Source: Nitrospinota bacterium
Lineage (GTDB): Bacteria; Nitrospinota_A; UBA7883
DNA: 64,000 nt
NCBI GenBank assembly: GCA_016207925.1
Contig: JACQZB010000052.1
Span: 11,792 to 75,791 of the forward strand
Direction of reading: 5' to 3'
Shown here: positions 29,355-40,075 of the stretch, in pieces
How positions within the stretch are numbered: the stretch's first letter is position 1
Layout of the letters: each line of letters starts with the position of its first letter
Position numbers and translations under genes: made by a program
The notes under the pieces: model-generated
The model's database searches: none
Told to the model about the DNA's origin: nothing
Seen by the model: only the letters and a program-made list of their open reading frames with translations

Positions 29355-32300
29355 CGACAGCAGGGTCACACTCACCATGCCGCCCACCATGGGGGCGGCG
29401 ATGCGCCGCATCACTTCGGCGCCCGCGCCTTCGCCGAACATGATGGGCGCCAAGCCGCCCAGGATGGCGAACGTGGTCATCATGATGGGCCGCACCCGCC
29501 CAATGACGCCCTCCAGCGTGGCCTCGCGCGCGTCCTGGACGGTATTCCACCGCCCCGCCGCGCGGCGCCGCTCAACCGCCAGGTTGATATACACCAGCTT
29601 GAGTACGCCGATTTCCGCCGCCACGCCGGCCAGGGCGATAAAGCCCACCCCCACCGCCACGCTGAAATGGTAGCCCAGCCACCACATCAGGTACAGCCCG
29701 CCGATGGCCGACAGCGGCAGCATCAGCATCACCAGCAGGCTTTCGGTGACCGCGCGGAAGTTCAGGTATAGCAGGATGAAAATCACCGCCAGCGTAAGCG
29801 GCACGATAACTTTAAGCCGCTCCGTCACGCGCTCCATGCTCTCGTATTGTCCGCTCCACTTCAGGCTGACGCCGGAGGGCAGTTTCACCCGTTCGGCCAC
29901 GCGCGCCTTGGCGCCCGCGACAAACGTGGCCATGTCCATCCCCTCGATGTCCACGTAGATCCAGGTATTCAGCCGCGCGTCCTCCGTCTTTATCATCATC
30001 GGGCCGGAGGTAAGCTCGATGTCCGCAAGCTGCGCCAGGGGGACCTGGGCGCCCATCATGGTGGAAACCAGCGTCCGGCGCAGCCGTTCCACGTCGTCGC
30101 GCATCTCGCGTCCATAGCGGACGTTGATGGGGTAGCGCTCCCGGCCCTCCACGGTGTATCCGATGGTCATGCCGCCGATGGCGCTGGCGATGACCTCCTG
30201 CACGTCGCCCACGTTAAGCCCATAGCGGGCCGCCGCGCCGCGCCGCACGCGGATGTCCAAAAACGATCCGCCCAGCGCGCGGTCGGCGAACACGCTGCGA
30301 AGCCCCGGCAGCCCGCGCAGCGCCGATTCAATCTCCACCGCCACCGTGTCCACCACGGCCAAATCCGGGCCTGCCACCTTGATCCCCACGGGGGTGCGGA
30401 TGCCGGTGGAGAGCATGTCAATGCGGGTTTTGATCGGCATGGTCCAGGCGTTGGTGACGCCGGGGAAGCGGATGGCGCCCTCCATCTCCGCCATCAAGGA
30501 CTCGGTGGTCACGCCGGGCCGCCACTGCGCGCGGGGTTTGAGCTTGACGATGGTCTCGATCATGCTCAAGGGGGCGGGGTCGGTGGCGGTTTCCGCCCGG
30601 CCCGCCTTGCCGAACACCCGTTCCACTTCCGGGAACGTTCGCAGAATGCGGTCGGTGTGCTGGAGTATCTCCCGCGCCTTGGTGACAGAGACGCCCGGCA
30701 GCGTGGTGGGCATGTACAGGATGTCGCCTTCGTCAAGGGTGGGCATGAACTCGCCGCCCACCTTTGTCAGGGGCAGCCACGTGGCCAGCGCCGCCGCTAG
30801 CGTGACCGCCAGCACCGCGCCCTTGTGGTTCAGCGCCCAGTGGGTGACGGGCCGCACCAGGGCGATGAACGCCAGCGTCAGGGGGTTCATCCGCTCCGGA
30901 ACCATGCCGCCCCGGATGAAGTACACCATCAGCGCCGGGGTGAGCGTGATGGCCAAGATCGCCGCGGAGGCCATGGCGAAGGTTTTCGTATAGGCCAGCG
31001 GCTTGAACAGCCTGCCTTCCTGATCCTCCAGCGTGAACACCGGAAGGAACGAGATGGTGATGATCATCAGGCAGAAGAAAAGCGCCGGGCCGACCTCCTT
31101 GGCCGCGTCAATCATGATGTCCGCGCGGGGCCGTTTTCCCCCCTCGGCTTCCAGTTTCTTGTGCGCGTTCTCGATCATTACCACCGAGGCGTCAATCATG
31201 GCGCCGATGGCGATGGCGATGCCGCCCAAACTCATGATGTTGGCGTTGATCCCCATCCAGCTTATGGCCATAAGCGCCATCAGGGCGCCCAGCGGCAGCG
31301 TGAGGATCGCCACGAAGGAGGAGCGCAGATGCATCAGGAACACCATGCACACCAGCGCCACGATCACGCTTTCCTCCACCAGCTTTTCCTTGAGGAACTC
31401 CACCGCGCGCAGGATCAAGGCGGAACGGTCGTAGGTCTCCACGATTTCCACCCCTTCGGGCAGGCCGCCGCGCAGGCGCTCGATTTTCTCGCGGACCAGT
31501 TCGATGGTCCTAAGCGCGTTTTCGCCGAACCGCATCACCACCACGCCGCCTACCGTCTCTCCCTCGCCATCCAACTCGGCGACGCCGCGCCGCAATTCCG
31601 GGCCGATGGTGATGTTGGCCACATCGCCCAGGTAAATAGGCGTGCCGCTTTCATTGGAACCGATGGTAACGCGGCGCAGGTCCTCCGGAGAACGGATGTA
31701 GCCGAAGGAGCGCACCATGAATTCGGTCTCGGCCATTTCCAGCAGGCGGCCGTCCACGTCCTGATTGCTTTTCTTGATCGCCTCGGTGACGCGCATCAGC
31801 GGGATGCCGTAGGCGGAAAGCTTATTGGGGTCAACCTCCACCTGGTACTGTTTGACGAAGCCGCCCACGCTGGCCACCTCCGCCACGCCGGGCACGGTTT
31901 GCAGCTCGTAGCGCAGGAACCAGTCCTGCAACGAGCGCAGTTGGGCCAGATCGTGCTTGCCGGAGCGGTCCACCACCGCGTATTCATACACCCAGCCCAC
32001 CCCGGTGGCGTCCGGACCCAGCACGGGGTTGGCGGCGGCGGGCAGCCGGCCCGCGACGCCGTTGAGGTATTCCAGCGTCCGGCTGCGCGCCCAATACAGG
32101 TCCGTGCCCTCCTCGAAAATGATGTACACAAAAGAAGTCCCGAAGAACGAGTAGCCCCGCACATTCTTCGCCTTGGGCACCGCCAGCATGGCCGTGGCCA
32201 AGGGGTAGGTGACCTGATCCTCCACCACTTGCGGCGTTTGGCCCGGATAATCGGTATAGATGATTACCTGCACGTCGCTTAAGTCCGGTATGGCGTCCAG

Positions 32301-32405
32301 CGGAAGATGCTTGACGATGTAGTAGCCCGCCACGGTGATCATGACCGTGGCCATAATCACCAAAAAACGGTTGCGCGCCGAAGCGGTGATAATCGCGTTG
32401 AGCAT
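29283..32405 (-). CDS. cusA: heavy-metal (Cu/Ag) efflux RND transporter, CusA/CzcA family
   Basis: ORF 29283..32420. Near-collinear similarity to CusA (PDLSDVQVIIYTDYPGQ, DATGVGWVYEYAVVDRSGKHDLAQLRSLQDWFLRYEL). ATG 32405 aligns with the CusA N-terminus. The alternative ATG at 32420 overlaps the cusB stop (ATGA). Confidence 0.92.
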   Translation of the reverse strand: MLNAIITASARNRFLVIMATVMITVAGYYIVKHLPLDAIPDLSDVQVIIYTDYPGQTPQVVEDQVTYPLATAMLAVPKAKNVRGYSFFGTSFVYIIFEEGTDLYWARSRTLEYLNGVAGRLPAAANPVLGPDATGVGWVYEYAVVDRSGKHDLAQLRSLQDWFLRYELQTVPGVAEVASVGGFVKQYQVEVDPNKLSAYGIPLMRVTEAIKKSNQDVDGRLLEMAETEFMVRSFGYIRSPEDLRRVTIGSNESGTPIYLGDVANITIGPELRRGVAELDGEGETVGGVVVMRFGENALRTIELVREKIERLRGGLPEGVEIVETYDRSALILRAVEFLKEKLVEESVIVALVCMVFLMHLRSSFVAILTLPLGALMALMAISWMGINANIMSLGGIAIAIGAMIDASVVMIENAHKKLEAEGGKRPRADIMIDAAKEVGPALFFCLMIITISFLPVFTLEDQEGRLFKPLAYTKTFAMASAAILAITLTPALMVYFIRGGMVPERMNPLTLAFIALVRPVTHWALNHKGAVLAVTLAAALATWLPLTKVGGEFMPTLDEGDILYMPTTLPGVSVTKAREILQHTDRILRTFPEVERVFGKAGRAETATDPAPLSMIETIVKLKPRAQWRPGVTTESLMAEMEGAIRFPGVTNAWTMPIKTRIDMLSTGIRTPVGIKVAGPDLAVVDTVAVEIESALRGLPGLRSVFADRALGGSFLDIRVRRGAAARYGLNVGDVQEVIASAIGGMTIGYTVEGRERYPINVRYGREMRDDVERLRRTLVSTMMGAQVPLAQLADIELTSGPMMIKTEDARLNTWIYVDIEGMDMATFVAGAKARVAERVKLPSGVSLKWSGQYESMERVTERLKVIVPLTLAVIFILLYLNFRAVTESLLVMLMLPLSAIGGLYLMWWLGYHFSVAVGVGFIALAGVAAEIGVLKLVYINLAVERRRAAGRWNTVQDAREATLEGVIGRVRPIMMTTFAILGGLAPIMFGEGAGAEVMRRIAAPMVGGMVSVTLLSLIALPALYCTILEYRVTRKGADV

Positions 32406-32416
32406 GGCCGCCTCCC

Positions 32417-33886
32417 TCAATGGCCCGCGTGGCCGCCGCGGGAGGGAGCGCCCCCCTCACCGGCGGATGGCGGCGTAATCATGTCCATGCCGGACATGCC
32501 GTTATCATCCGTTGGAGCCGTCATTTCCGGTTCCGGCGCGGACACCGGCGCGGCTGCTTGGCCGCCGTGCTGATGACCGGCGTCTGGCGCGCCGCCCATC
32601 TTGCCGATGGCCTCGCGCAGCTTGGATTCGGAATCAATCAGGAACTGCGACGAGGTGACCACCGTCTCGCCCTCTGACAGGCCGGAGAGTATTTCCACCT
32701 CGCCGCCGCTGTCTATCCCGGTGGTGACGGGGCGCGGCTCGAACCGCCCCCCGCCCAGGCTGATGAACACCAGCTTGCGCGCGCCGGTGCGGATCACCGC
32801 CTCCGAGGGGATGACCAGCGCGTCATGCGCCTCGCCGGCGCGGATCGCCACATCGCCGTACATGTCGAATTTCAAAACTCCGTCGCGATTGTCGAATTCA
32901 ACCCGCGCCTTGGCGGAGCGCGTCTTGGGGTCCAGATAGGGATAGATGTAGGTGATCTTCCCTTGCAGCGCGCGTCCCGGCGCCGCGGCGAGCGTCAGCA
33001 CCGCGGATTGCCCCACGCGCACGTAGGGGGCCTCGTACTCGTAAACGTCCGCGTTGACCCACACCCGCGAGGCGTCGGCGATTTCATACAGCGTGTCGCC
33101 CGGCATGATGTAGGAACCTTCGGTGACGTTTTTGGAGATGATCACCCCTGATACGGGGGAATGTATGTGCAGAGTTTTTTTCACCTGCCGGGTGCGTTCC
33201 AACTCTTCAATCTGGTGCGGTGGCACGTCGAACAGCGCCAGCCTGCGCCGGGACGACTCCAGCAGGCTTTCCCCGCCCTTGACGATGGCGTCATGTTCGC
33301 CCCGCCGCACCGCGTCGCGGTACTTGAGCGCCAGGATGAACTCCTCCTGCGTGGTCACCAGGTCGGGGCTGTACAGCTCAAGCAGAATGTCGTCCACATT
33401 TATTTTCCGGCCCGTTTCGTTGACATACAGCTTCTCGACCCACCCCATCACTTTGGGCTGGATGCGGGCCAGCCGGGTCTCGTCGTAGGTGACAATGCCG
33501 GTGGTGCGTATCTCGCGCGCCAGCGTGGTCCGGCGCGCCGTGGCGTACCGCACCCCAATGGTCTGCGCCACCGCGGGATCAATGCTCACCACGCCGGCCG
33601 CCGCCGCTTCATCCGCATACACGGGGATATAATCCATATTCATGGAATCCTTGGCGGGGCGGTCACTGGTAATAGAGGGATCCATCGGATGGCGGTAGAA
33701 AAGGATTGCGCGCCCCTTTTCATCACTCTTGGCCGCGGGCGCCTGCGCGGCGCCGCGATGCGACAGATAGCTCCAGCCATAGTATCCCGCCGCGATGGCA
33801 AGCGCCAGCGCCACCGTCAGCGCGAACCGTTTCCTGTACACAGCGGGAGTATTCACCCCGCCCGTTTCGCTGTTGAATTCGCTCAT
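32417..33886 (-). CDS. cusB: efflux RND periplasmic adaptor subunit, CusB-like, with C-terminal His/Met-rich tail
   Basis: 489 aa. Membrane-fusion-protein fold motifs. His/Met-rich C-terminus (DAGHQHGG...GMSGMDM...GGHAGH). Overlaps cusA. Confidence 0.85.
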   Translation of the reverse strand: MSEFNSETGGVNTPAVYRKRFALTVALALAIAAGYYGWSYLSHRGAAQAPAAKSDEKGRAILFYRHPMDPSITSDRPAKDSMNMDYIPVYADEAAAAGVVSIDPAVAQTIGVRYATARRTTLAREIRTTGIVTYDETRLARIQPKVMGWVEKLYVNETGRKINVDDILLELYSPDLVTTQEEFILALKYRDAVRRGEHDAIVKGGESLLESSRRRLALFDVPPHQIEELERTRQVKKTLHIHSPVSGVIISKNVTEGSYIMPGDTLYEIADASRVWVNADVYEYEAPYVRVGQSAVLTLAAAPGRALQGKITYIYPYLDPKTRSAKARVEFDNRDGVLKFDMYGDVAIRAGEAHDALVIPSEAVIRTGARKLVFISLGGGRFEPRPVTTGIDSGGEVEILSGLSEGETVVTSSQFLIDSESKLREAIGKMGGAPDAGHQHGGQAAAPVSAPEPEMTAPTDDNGMSGMDMITPPSAGEGGAPSRGGHAGH

Positions 33887-35089
33887 GGCTCACTCCCGGT
33901 GAAATCCGCCCCGGTAAGGGCGTCTATTTCCGCGTAACGTTCCCGCAGGCGCCGTTGGGCTTCCTCGCGCGCCAGTTGATACTTGAGCAGCCCCAACTCC
34001 GCGCCGATGACCGCCATGGATTCGAGTTTGTCCACCCGGTAGGCGGCCATGGAGCTTTCGAAGGTCTGCGCCCCCTGGGGTATGATGCCGGTGTCGTACA
34101 GCCGGATGGTTTCCCGCTCGCGCCGCACGCCGGCCAATTTACTGGCCAGTTCCGACCGCAGCCGCAACTCTTCACCCGCCAGTTCATCGTGGGCCGCCCG
34201 TTCGGCGAACCGCGCGCCCTTGATTAGCCGGTCCTGCTTGGCGGCGCGCCACAGGGGGACACTCACCGAAGCCATGACAGAGGCCATGTCGGGCCGCTCC
34301 ATTTCCCCATCGTCGCGCTGGCCGTATTGCGCGGTGAGGGTGACATCATAACCGGCCATGCCTTCCGCCACGCGCGCGCCCGCCGCCGTTTCCGTGATTT
34401 TCGCGCGCGCCATCAGAAGGCGCGGGGCGCGCGGCTGGGCGCCTTTCCACAGCGCCTCCAACTCATCCACCCGCCCCTCGATGGACGGCGGGGCCGCCGC
34501 CACGAACGCGGCGGAGGGGTCGCGCCCAAGTGCGGAGGCGGCGCGGTAACGGGCGCGATGCAGCATTTCGGCAAGTTCGAGGCGCCGTTCGATCAACATG
34601 CTGCGCTCCACCTGCGCTTGCAGCACGTCCGCCTGGGTCACCTTGCCCGCGGCGTACTTGGCGGTGATGACCCCCACCATGCCGTCGAGCGCCGCCTCGT
34701 TGCGCGCGCATGGCCCGCCGCGCGCGGAGCATCTCCGCCCGCGCCAGCCCCATGTCCCGCTCCGCCGCGCGCCGCGTGGCGCTGGGTATGGTCTGGGTGA
34801 CGCCGATCATCTTTTGCGTCATCTCCTCCTTGTCCAGCCGCCAACTGTCCACCGGAACATCCGTGACGCCCAGTTCGATCATCGGGTCCATCCACGCCAT
34901 CGCGGCGGAGGCGCCTTCAACGGCGGCGGCGACCTCGTGATCGAGCGCGCGAAGCTCCGGGTTATTGCCGGCCAGTTCCTGGACAAGCGTCTCAAACGAG
35001 GGGGCCGCCTCCGCCGCCGCCGCGCGCGAAGCGCCCAATAGCGCCGCGAGCGCCAATGCCACTGCTGTAATTCGCATTTTCCGATCCAT
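33883..35089 (-). pseudogene. cusC: TolC-family outer-membrane efflux protein (CusC-like), interrupted by a 1-nt frameshift in a (GC)4 run near 34701-34713; pseudogene or sequencing error
   Basis: Two adjacent ORFs (34463..35146 and 33883..34680) both carry TolC-like sequence. The frame changes within tgcgcgcgcatgg. Signal peptide MDRKMRITAVALALAALLGASRAAAA, with GGAGAAGAG Shine-Dalgarno before ATG 35089. Confidence 0.6.
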
Positions 35090-35190
35090 TGCTGCTCTTC
35101 TCCCCACGGGTGAACGAGCGGGTTGCGCCAGCGCGCGGACGGACATATGCCCGCGCGGGTTGACACATTACGCGCGTGAGCGCGCGAAGG

Positions 35191-35526
35191 TCAGGCGCGA
35201 GGGGGACGGTCTATGAGGGACGCGAAGGGAAGAAGATTGGGCGCGTCCGGAGCGGACGGCATGGAGGCGAACAGCGCGGAGAAACCTTCCGAAGCGCCCA
35301 TGTCCAGGTTCAGCGCGGCGCCATGGCAACAGACCAGGCCGGCGTCGCAACTGTCGCAAGGCGCGGGCGCATGATCCTGATGCGGGGAGGGGATGTGCTC
35401 GCAGGGCGAAGGCGGCTGCGCGGCTTGATGGGCGTGCGTTTGCGCCGCATCAGCCTCAGTGGCGTACGCCAAGGACACCATCAGCCCCATTGCTAGGGCC
35501 ACCGCCGCGCGGATTATCGTGTTCAC
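35191..35526 (-). CDS. small secreted Cys/His-rich protein, putative periplasmic metal-binding protein upstream of cusCBA
   Basis: 111 aa, GTG start with GGAG Shine-Dalgarno. Signal peptide. Mature part enriched in His and Cys (PCEHIPSPHQDHAPAPCDSCDAGLVCCHG). Confidence 0.5.
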   Translation of the reverse strand: MNTIIRAAVALAMGLMVSLAYATEADAAQTHAHQAAQPPSPCEHIPSPHQDHAPAPCDSCDAGLVCCHGAALNLDMGASEGFSALFASMPSAPDAPNLLPFASLIDRPPRA

Positions 35527-35772
35527 ACCTGCTCCACCGTATCGTTACGTTTACTTTACCACACCCGGCGCATTCGCGCCATGGTGATTCGCGCACGGCT
35601 CGATTTACCTAACCGTCAGTATGCAGGGTATATTAAAATAATTCACACGGTGGGAGCCTCGGCGCGCCGCGAGGGACGGAGCAAACACGGATGAATCGCC
35701 ACCCCAAGGGGCGGACCGGGGCGCGCTTCTTGAGTTATAATTTATATAACTAAAAGCATACCGGAGGTTTGG

Positions 35773-38374
35773 ATGACCCTGCATGCGGCCCGCTCGGCGC
35801 GGCGCATCGTCATCATCTACCTGGTATTCGGGCTGGCCTGGATTTCCCTGTCCGACCTGGCGGCGTTGTGGCTGGCCGGTGACGCCATGGAATGGCAATT
35901 CAGCCAGACGTTCAAGGGCAGCGCTTTCGTCGTCATCACCGGCGCCCTGCTGTACGCGCTGATCGGCAAGGCGTTCGGGAGCCTTTCCCTGGCCGAGCGG
36001 GAAAACGCGCGAATCAACCGCCTGTACCGGATGCTCTCCGCCAGCAACCACGCCGTGGTCCACGCCGCTTCGCGGGAGGAGGCGATCCGCACGGCGCTCG
36101 ATGTAATCACGCAGACCGGCGGCTACCGGCTGGCGTGGGTGGGCTTCCTCATCCCCGCTGATGAGCGCAAGCGTATCCGCATCGCCGCCGCCGCGGGGGC
36201 CACCGCGGCGCTGGAGGGTCAGGAATTCACCTGGGACAACTCGCCGCAAGGCCAATCCCCGGCGGGACGCGCGATAAAATCGTGCCGCCCCGCCACCTGC
36301 CACGACACCGCGCGCGACCCCACTTTTGTCTATTGGCGCGACATGGCCGCGCGGGCCGGTGTGCGCGCCATGGTGGGTTTGCCGCTTGTGGTGGAAGGGG
36401 AGATCGCCGGAGCGCTGACCGTGGGGGCGGATTCCGTGAATGTGTTTGACGACGAGGAGATGGAAATCCTGCAGGAGGTGTCCAGCGATCTGGCGCACAT
36501 TATCGAGAACCTGAAAATCACCGAGGCGCGCAAATCGGCGGAGCGCGGTCTGGCGCGTTCCGAGGCGCGTTGGCGCTCGCTGGTGTCCCAGGCGCCGGAC
36601 TATATCCTGACCGTGAACCGCGAGGAAATAATCACGTTCGTCAACCATTCGGCGCCGGGCGCCCCCCCGCCGGAGCGGATCGTGGGCATGAACGTGTACA
36701 GCTACCTTCCTCCCGATCAGCGTGAAACGGTGCGCTCCGCCCTGGCGAACGCTTTTGAGCGGGGCCAGCCGACAACGTATGAAGCCAAGGTCAACGTCCC
36801 CGGCGTGGGCGAGCAGTGGTACCTGTCCATCTGCGGGCCGGTGGTGGTGGACGGCGTGGTGGAAAGCGCCATGTTCATGGCCCACGACATCACCGCGCGC
36901 AAGGAGCGCGAGCGCAAGCTGTTCGAGGCGGAGCAGAAGCTCGAAACGCTGGTCAATTCCATAGACGGCATCGTGTTCATCGTTGACCGGCAGGGCCGCT
37001 ACACCTCGCTGCATGGCCGCTGGTTCGACCGGTACGATACCGACGCCCAGGCCTACCTCGGCAAACACGCCGGGGACCTTTTTGGCGCCCGTTACGCCGA
37101 AACGCACACCGCCGCATACCGCCGCGCGCTGGAGGGCGAGTATGTCATCTTTGAATCCATCGTGACCATCGGGGGGCACAAGCGCTTTTTCCAGACCTCG
37201 CTGTCCCCCACCTACGACAAGGCGGGCGCCGTCACCGGCGCCGTGGGCATCGGGCGCGATATAACGAAGATCAAACCCGCCGAGGAGAACAGGCTACACC
37301 GCCGAGGAGGTGATCGGCCAGAACCCCAGATTCCTCAAGTCCGGCGATACGCCGCAGGAAGTGTACAGGGAATTGTGGGAAACCATAACCACGGGCGGCG
37401 CCTGGCGAGGCGAACTGCTGAACAAAAAAAAGAATGGCGAATATTTTTGGGAAACAGCTTCCATCTCCCCCATCCGCGACAGCCAGGGGAACATCACCCA
37501 CTTCCTGGCGGTCAAGGAGGACATCACGGAGCGCAAAAGCTACGAGTCCTCGTTGCGCGCCTCCAACGAAATGCTCACCAAGACCCTTAACGAAATGGTG
37601 CGGCTGCAAACCAGCCTGATACGCACTGAAAAACTGGCCTCGCTCGGCGCCCTGTCCGCCGGCGTGGCGCACGAAATCAAGAATCCACTCAACATCATCG
37701 CCACCACCGTGCAGTTGCTGGAAATGGAAGCCCAGGTGCCGGAGGAAAGCCGCGCGCAGTTCGCCACCATCCTTGAACAGGTGCAGCGCGCCGCGCGCAT
37801 CACCGAAAACCTGCGCGACTTCGCCCGCGAACGCAGGCCGGAAATACGCGCGGTCAACCTGCAGGCGCTGCTGGATAAAACCCTGGCGCTGGTGCGCTAC
37901 GAAATGGGGCTGGAAAACATCAAGTCCGTCACTGAATTCCCGGAAGACCCGATCACCCTGATGGCCGACGCTGACCAGTTGGCGCAGGTATTCCTCAACA
38001 TCATCTCCAACGCGCGCGACAGCATGAACGAACGGCAGGCCGCCGAGCCGTATGACCAGTTGGCCGCGAAAGGATGGGAAGGCGTCCTGCGCATCACCGT
38101 GCGCCGCCGGGATGGGCGCGTGGTGATAGAGTTCCATGACCAGGGCAAGGGCATCCCGCAGGAGGCGATGGACAAACTGTTCGATCCTTTTTTCACCACC
38201 AAGCCCGAAGGCAAGGGCACGGGGCTGGGTCTGTCCATCTCCCACAGCATCATCGAAAACCACGGCGGAAGCATCCGCGCCGCCAGTATGCCGGGTGAAG
38301 GTTCCACCTTCACCATCTTGCTGCCCCTTGAGGAGGAATCCCCCGGCGCCACGGATATACTGGAGCGCCGGTGA
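35773..38374 (+). pseudogene. sensor histidine kinase (2TM-GAF-PAS-PAS-[truncated PAS]-HisKA-HATPase), disrupted by frameshift and apparent internal deletion near 37285
   Basis: ORFs 35773..37590 and 37310..38374. First ORF turns to junk after DITKIKPAEE. Second ORF resumes mid-PAS (TGYTAEEVIGQNPRFLKSG) with its N-terminal half missing, then an intact HisKA H-box (HEIKNPL) and HATPase (GTGLGLSIS). ATG 35773 has a GGAGG Shine-Dalgarno. Confidence 0.6.
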
Positions 38375-38639
38375 CCATCCGGCTGAGAAAATATATGTTA
38401 ATAAGTCAAGTATTTATCGCTATTTATTGATTTGGTTTCTTATGGGAAAGGCGCCTTGTTTATATACAGGAAGGCTGAGAGGCTCCGGTTCAAACCACCA
38501 CCCGTCTTGGCTGCGGCGCGAACAAATGAGTTGAATCCCTAACCGCCAAGTGTTCATCTATCTTTAAACTTACCGTTTCGCCGGGGGGCGTAGCGACGGC
38601 CTGGCTGGTGGAAAGGTTTTTGTCGGGAAAGGCAGCAAC

Positions 38640-38996
38640 ATGAAATTCGCCGTGCAAGTTCTTGAGGGGCCGTACAACAACCAGGCGTCGGACACGGCTT
38701 ACAACTTTATCAAGGCCGCGTTGGAACGGGGACACCAGATTGTGCGGGTGTTCTTCTATCACAACGGCGTGCTCAACGTGAACAATCTGGCCGAGCCGCC
38801 GCGGGACGACCGCAACGTGTATGCCCGCTGGACGGAGCTTGGACGCGACAAGGGGATAGACATTGTGGCCTGCATCGCCGCGAGCAAACGGCGCGGGATC
38901 AAGGACGGGCACATCATCGAGGGTACCCGCATCTCCGGCCTGGGCCAACTCACCGACATGGCCATTGAGGCCGACCGCCTGATCACCTTCGGTTGA
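38640..38996 (+). CDS. dsrE: sulfur-relay protein DsrE (TusD homologue)
   Basis: 118 aa. MKFAVQVLEGPYNNQASDTAYNF and the VACIAASKRRG active-site Cys context closely match DsrE of sulfur oxidisers. Confidence 0.85.
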   Translation: MKFAVQVLEGPYNNQASDTAYNFIKAALERGHQIVRVFFYHNGVLNVNNLAEPPRDDRNVYARWTELGRDKGIDIVACIAASKRRGIKDGHIIEGTRISGLGQLTDMAIEADRLITFG

Positions 38997-39009
38997 AAGG
39001 AGCATCACG

Positions 39010-39402
39010 ATGAGCGATGAGATGGACAACGGCGGCGGCGAGAACCGCAAGAAGATCGCCTTTGTCATGCGCCATGCGCCGCATGGCAGCATATACAGCT
39101 ACGAGGGGTTGGAGACGGTGCTGATCGTGGCGGCCTACGAGCAAGACCTTTCGCTGATTTTCGCGGGCGACGGCGTGTTTGCGCTGGTCGCCGCGCAGGA
39201 CACGTCCGCCGTCGGCATTAAGGGGTTCATCAAGACCTACCGCGTACTGGACGGCTATGATGTGAACAAGATATATGTGGACCGCGAAAGTATGGAAAAA
39301 CGGGGTTTGAAGCCGGAAGACTTCATCATCCCCGTGGAGGTCAAGGAAGCCGAAGAAATCGCGGCCATCATGGAAGAACAACACGCCACCATCCCCTATT
39401 AA
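39010..39402 (+). CDS. dsrF: sulfur-relay protein DsrF (TusC homologue)
   Basis: 130 aa DsrE/F-fold. AAAGGAG Shine-Dalgarno. Positioned between dsrE and dsrH. Confidence 0.75.
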   Translation: MSDEMDNGGGENRKKIAFVMRHAPHGSIYSYEGLETVLIVAAYEQDLSLIFAGDGVFALVAAQDTSAVGIKGFIKTYRVLDGYDVNKIYVDRESMEKRGLKPEDFIIPVEVKEAEEIAAIMEEQHATIPY

Positions 39403-39421
39403 CGAAGAAAGGAACGGCGCC

Positions 39422-39715
39422 GTGCTGCATACCGTCAACAAATCGCCCTTTTCCAGCGACGCGCTTAACGAGTGCGCCCGCTTCGCCTCCACCGGCTCGG
39501 ACATATTGCTGATCGAGGACGGCGTGTACGCCGCCAAGGCCGGGTCGGCCTACGAACCCGCGCTAAAAGACGTGGTGAAGAAATGCGCCGTGTACGCGCT
39601 GGAGGCCGATTTAAAGGCCCGCGGCGTCACCGCGCTGGTTCCGGGCGTCAAGACCGTCGCCTACGCCGGCTTTGTGGAATTGGTGGAGAAAAGCAAGGTT
39701 CACACCTGGTTGTAA
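39422..39715 (+). CDS. dsrH: sulfur-relay protein DsrH (TusB homologue)
   Basis: 97 aa, GTG start. MLHTVNKSPF...ILLIEDGVYAA closely matches the DsrH N-terminus. Confidence 0.8.
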   Translation: MLHTVNKSPFSSDALNECARFASTGSDILLIEDGVYAAKAGSAYEPALKDVVKKCAVYALEADLKARGVTALVPGVKTVAYAGFVELVEKSKVHTWL

Positions 39716-39852
39716 GGGCGGTGTTTGGCCCGCCTTCCATCACGGGACGCGCAAAGCCCCGTCTGCCGGATGTTTGCCTTACGGTGAATCCTTCTGCGAT
39801 AATCAACATCATTATGTTTCAGGCGCGGGCAGGGGGCCGCTCGCGGGCGGCA

Positions 39853-39880
39853 TTGACACGATATCGCTTTGATGTAAGAT
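39853..39880 (+). promoter_or_regulatory. sigma70-like promoter TTGACA-16-TAAGAT upstream of the small-peptide/FeS/NrfD genes
   Basis: -35 TTGACA 39853-39858 and -10 TAAGAT 39875-39880. Lies between dsrH and the downstream operon. Confidence 0.4.
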
Positions 39881-39931
39881 ACGCGCCGTTATCGCCACTC
39901 CGCCAGTAAACTTCCGTAAAGGGAGAGTGCG

Positions 39932-40075
39932 TTGCAAAAGTCGAAAGGGTTGGCCGCTGTCGCGATTTTTTTCGCGGTTCTGGCGTTTCCCCTGCTGTAC
40001 AACGCCTCCACCATCGGACTTTTCAACAGCGCCGCCGCCGCTACCAATCCTGTCATAGCCAAACCGGGCCAATGA
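39932..40075 (+). CDS. 47-aa single-TM membrane peptide, translationally coupled to the FeS subunit gene
   Basis: Not in the ORF track (under 60 aa). TTG start with GGGAGAG Shine-Dalgarno 6 nt upstream. Reads LQKSKGLAAVAIFFAVLAFPLLYNASTIGLFNSAAAATNPVIAKPGQ. Stop TGA 40073-40075 overlaps ATG 40072 of the next gene (ATGA). Confidence 0.45.
   Translation: MQKSKGLAAVAIFFAVLAFPLLYNASTIGLFNSAAAATNPVIAKPGQ

Noticed and set aside
30825-32282. 485-aa + strand ORF
   Set aside because: Antisense to cusA, which aligns collinearly with CusA.
32405-32420. Alternative cusA start at 32420 (ATGA overlap with the cusB stop)
   Set aside because: Alignment to the CusA N-terminus favours the ATG at 32405. Both are possible and the difference is 5 codons.
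35605-37179. 524-aa - strand ORF
   Set aside because: Antisense to the sensor kinase N-terminal half.
38440-38560. tRNA-like T-loop strings (ccggttcaaacc, gagttgaatccc) in the AT-rich region upstream of dsrE
   Set aside because: Could not build acceptor, D and anticodon stems around them. Likely promoter or UTR sequence only.
38590-38625. Possible sigma-54 -24/-12 element (tggtggaaaggtttttgt) upstream of dsrE
   Set aside because: GG and GC are not at the canonical 10-nt spacing and the match to TGGCAC-N5-TTGC is poor.
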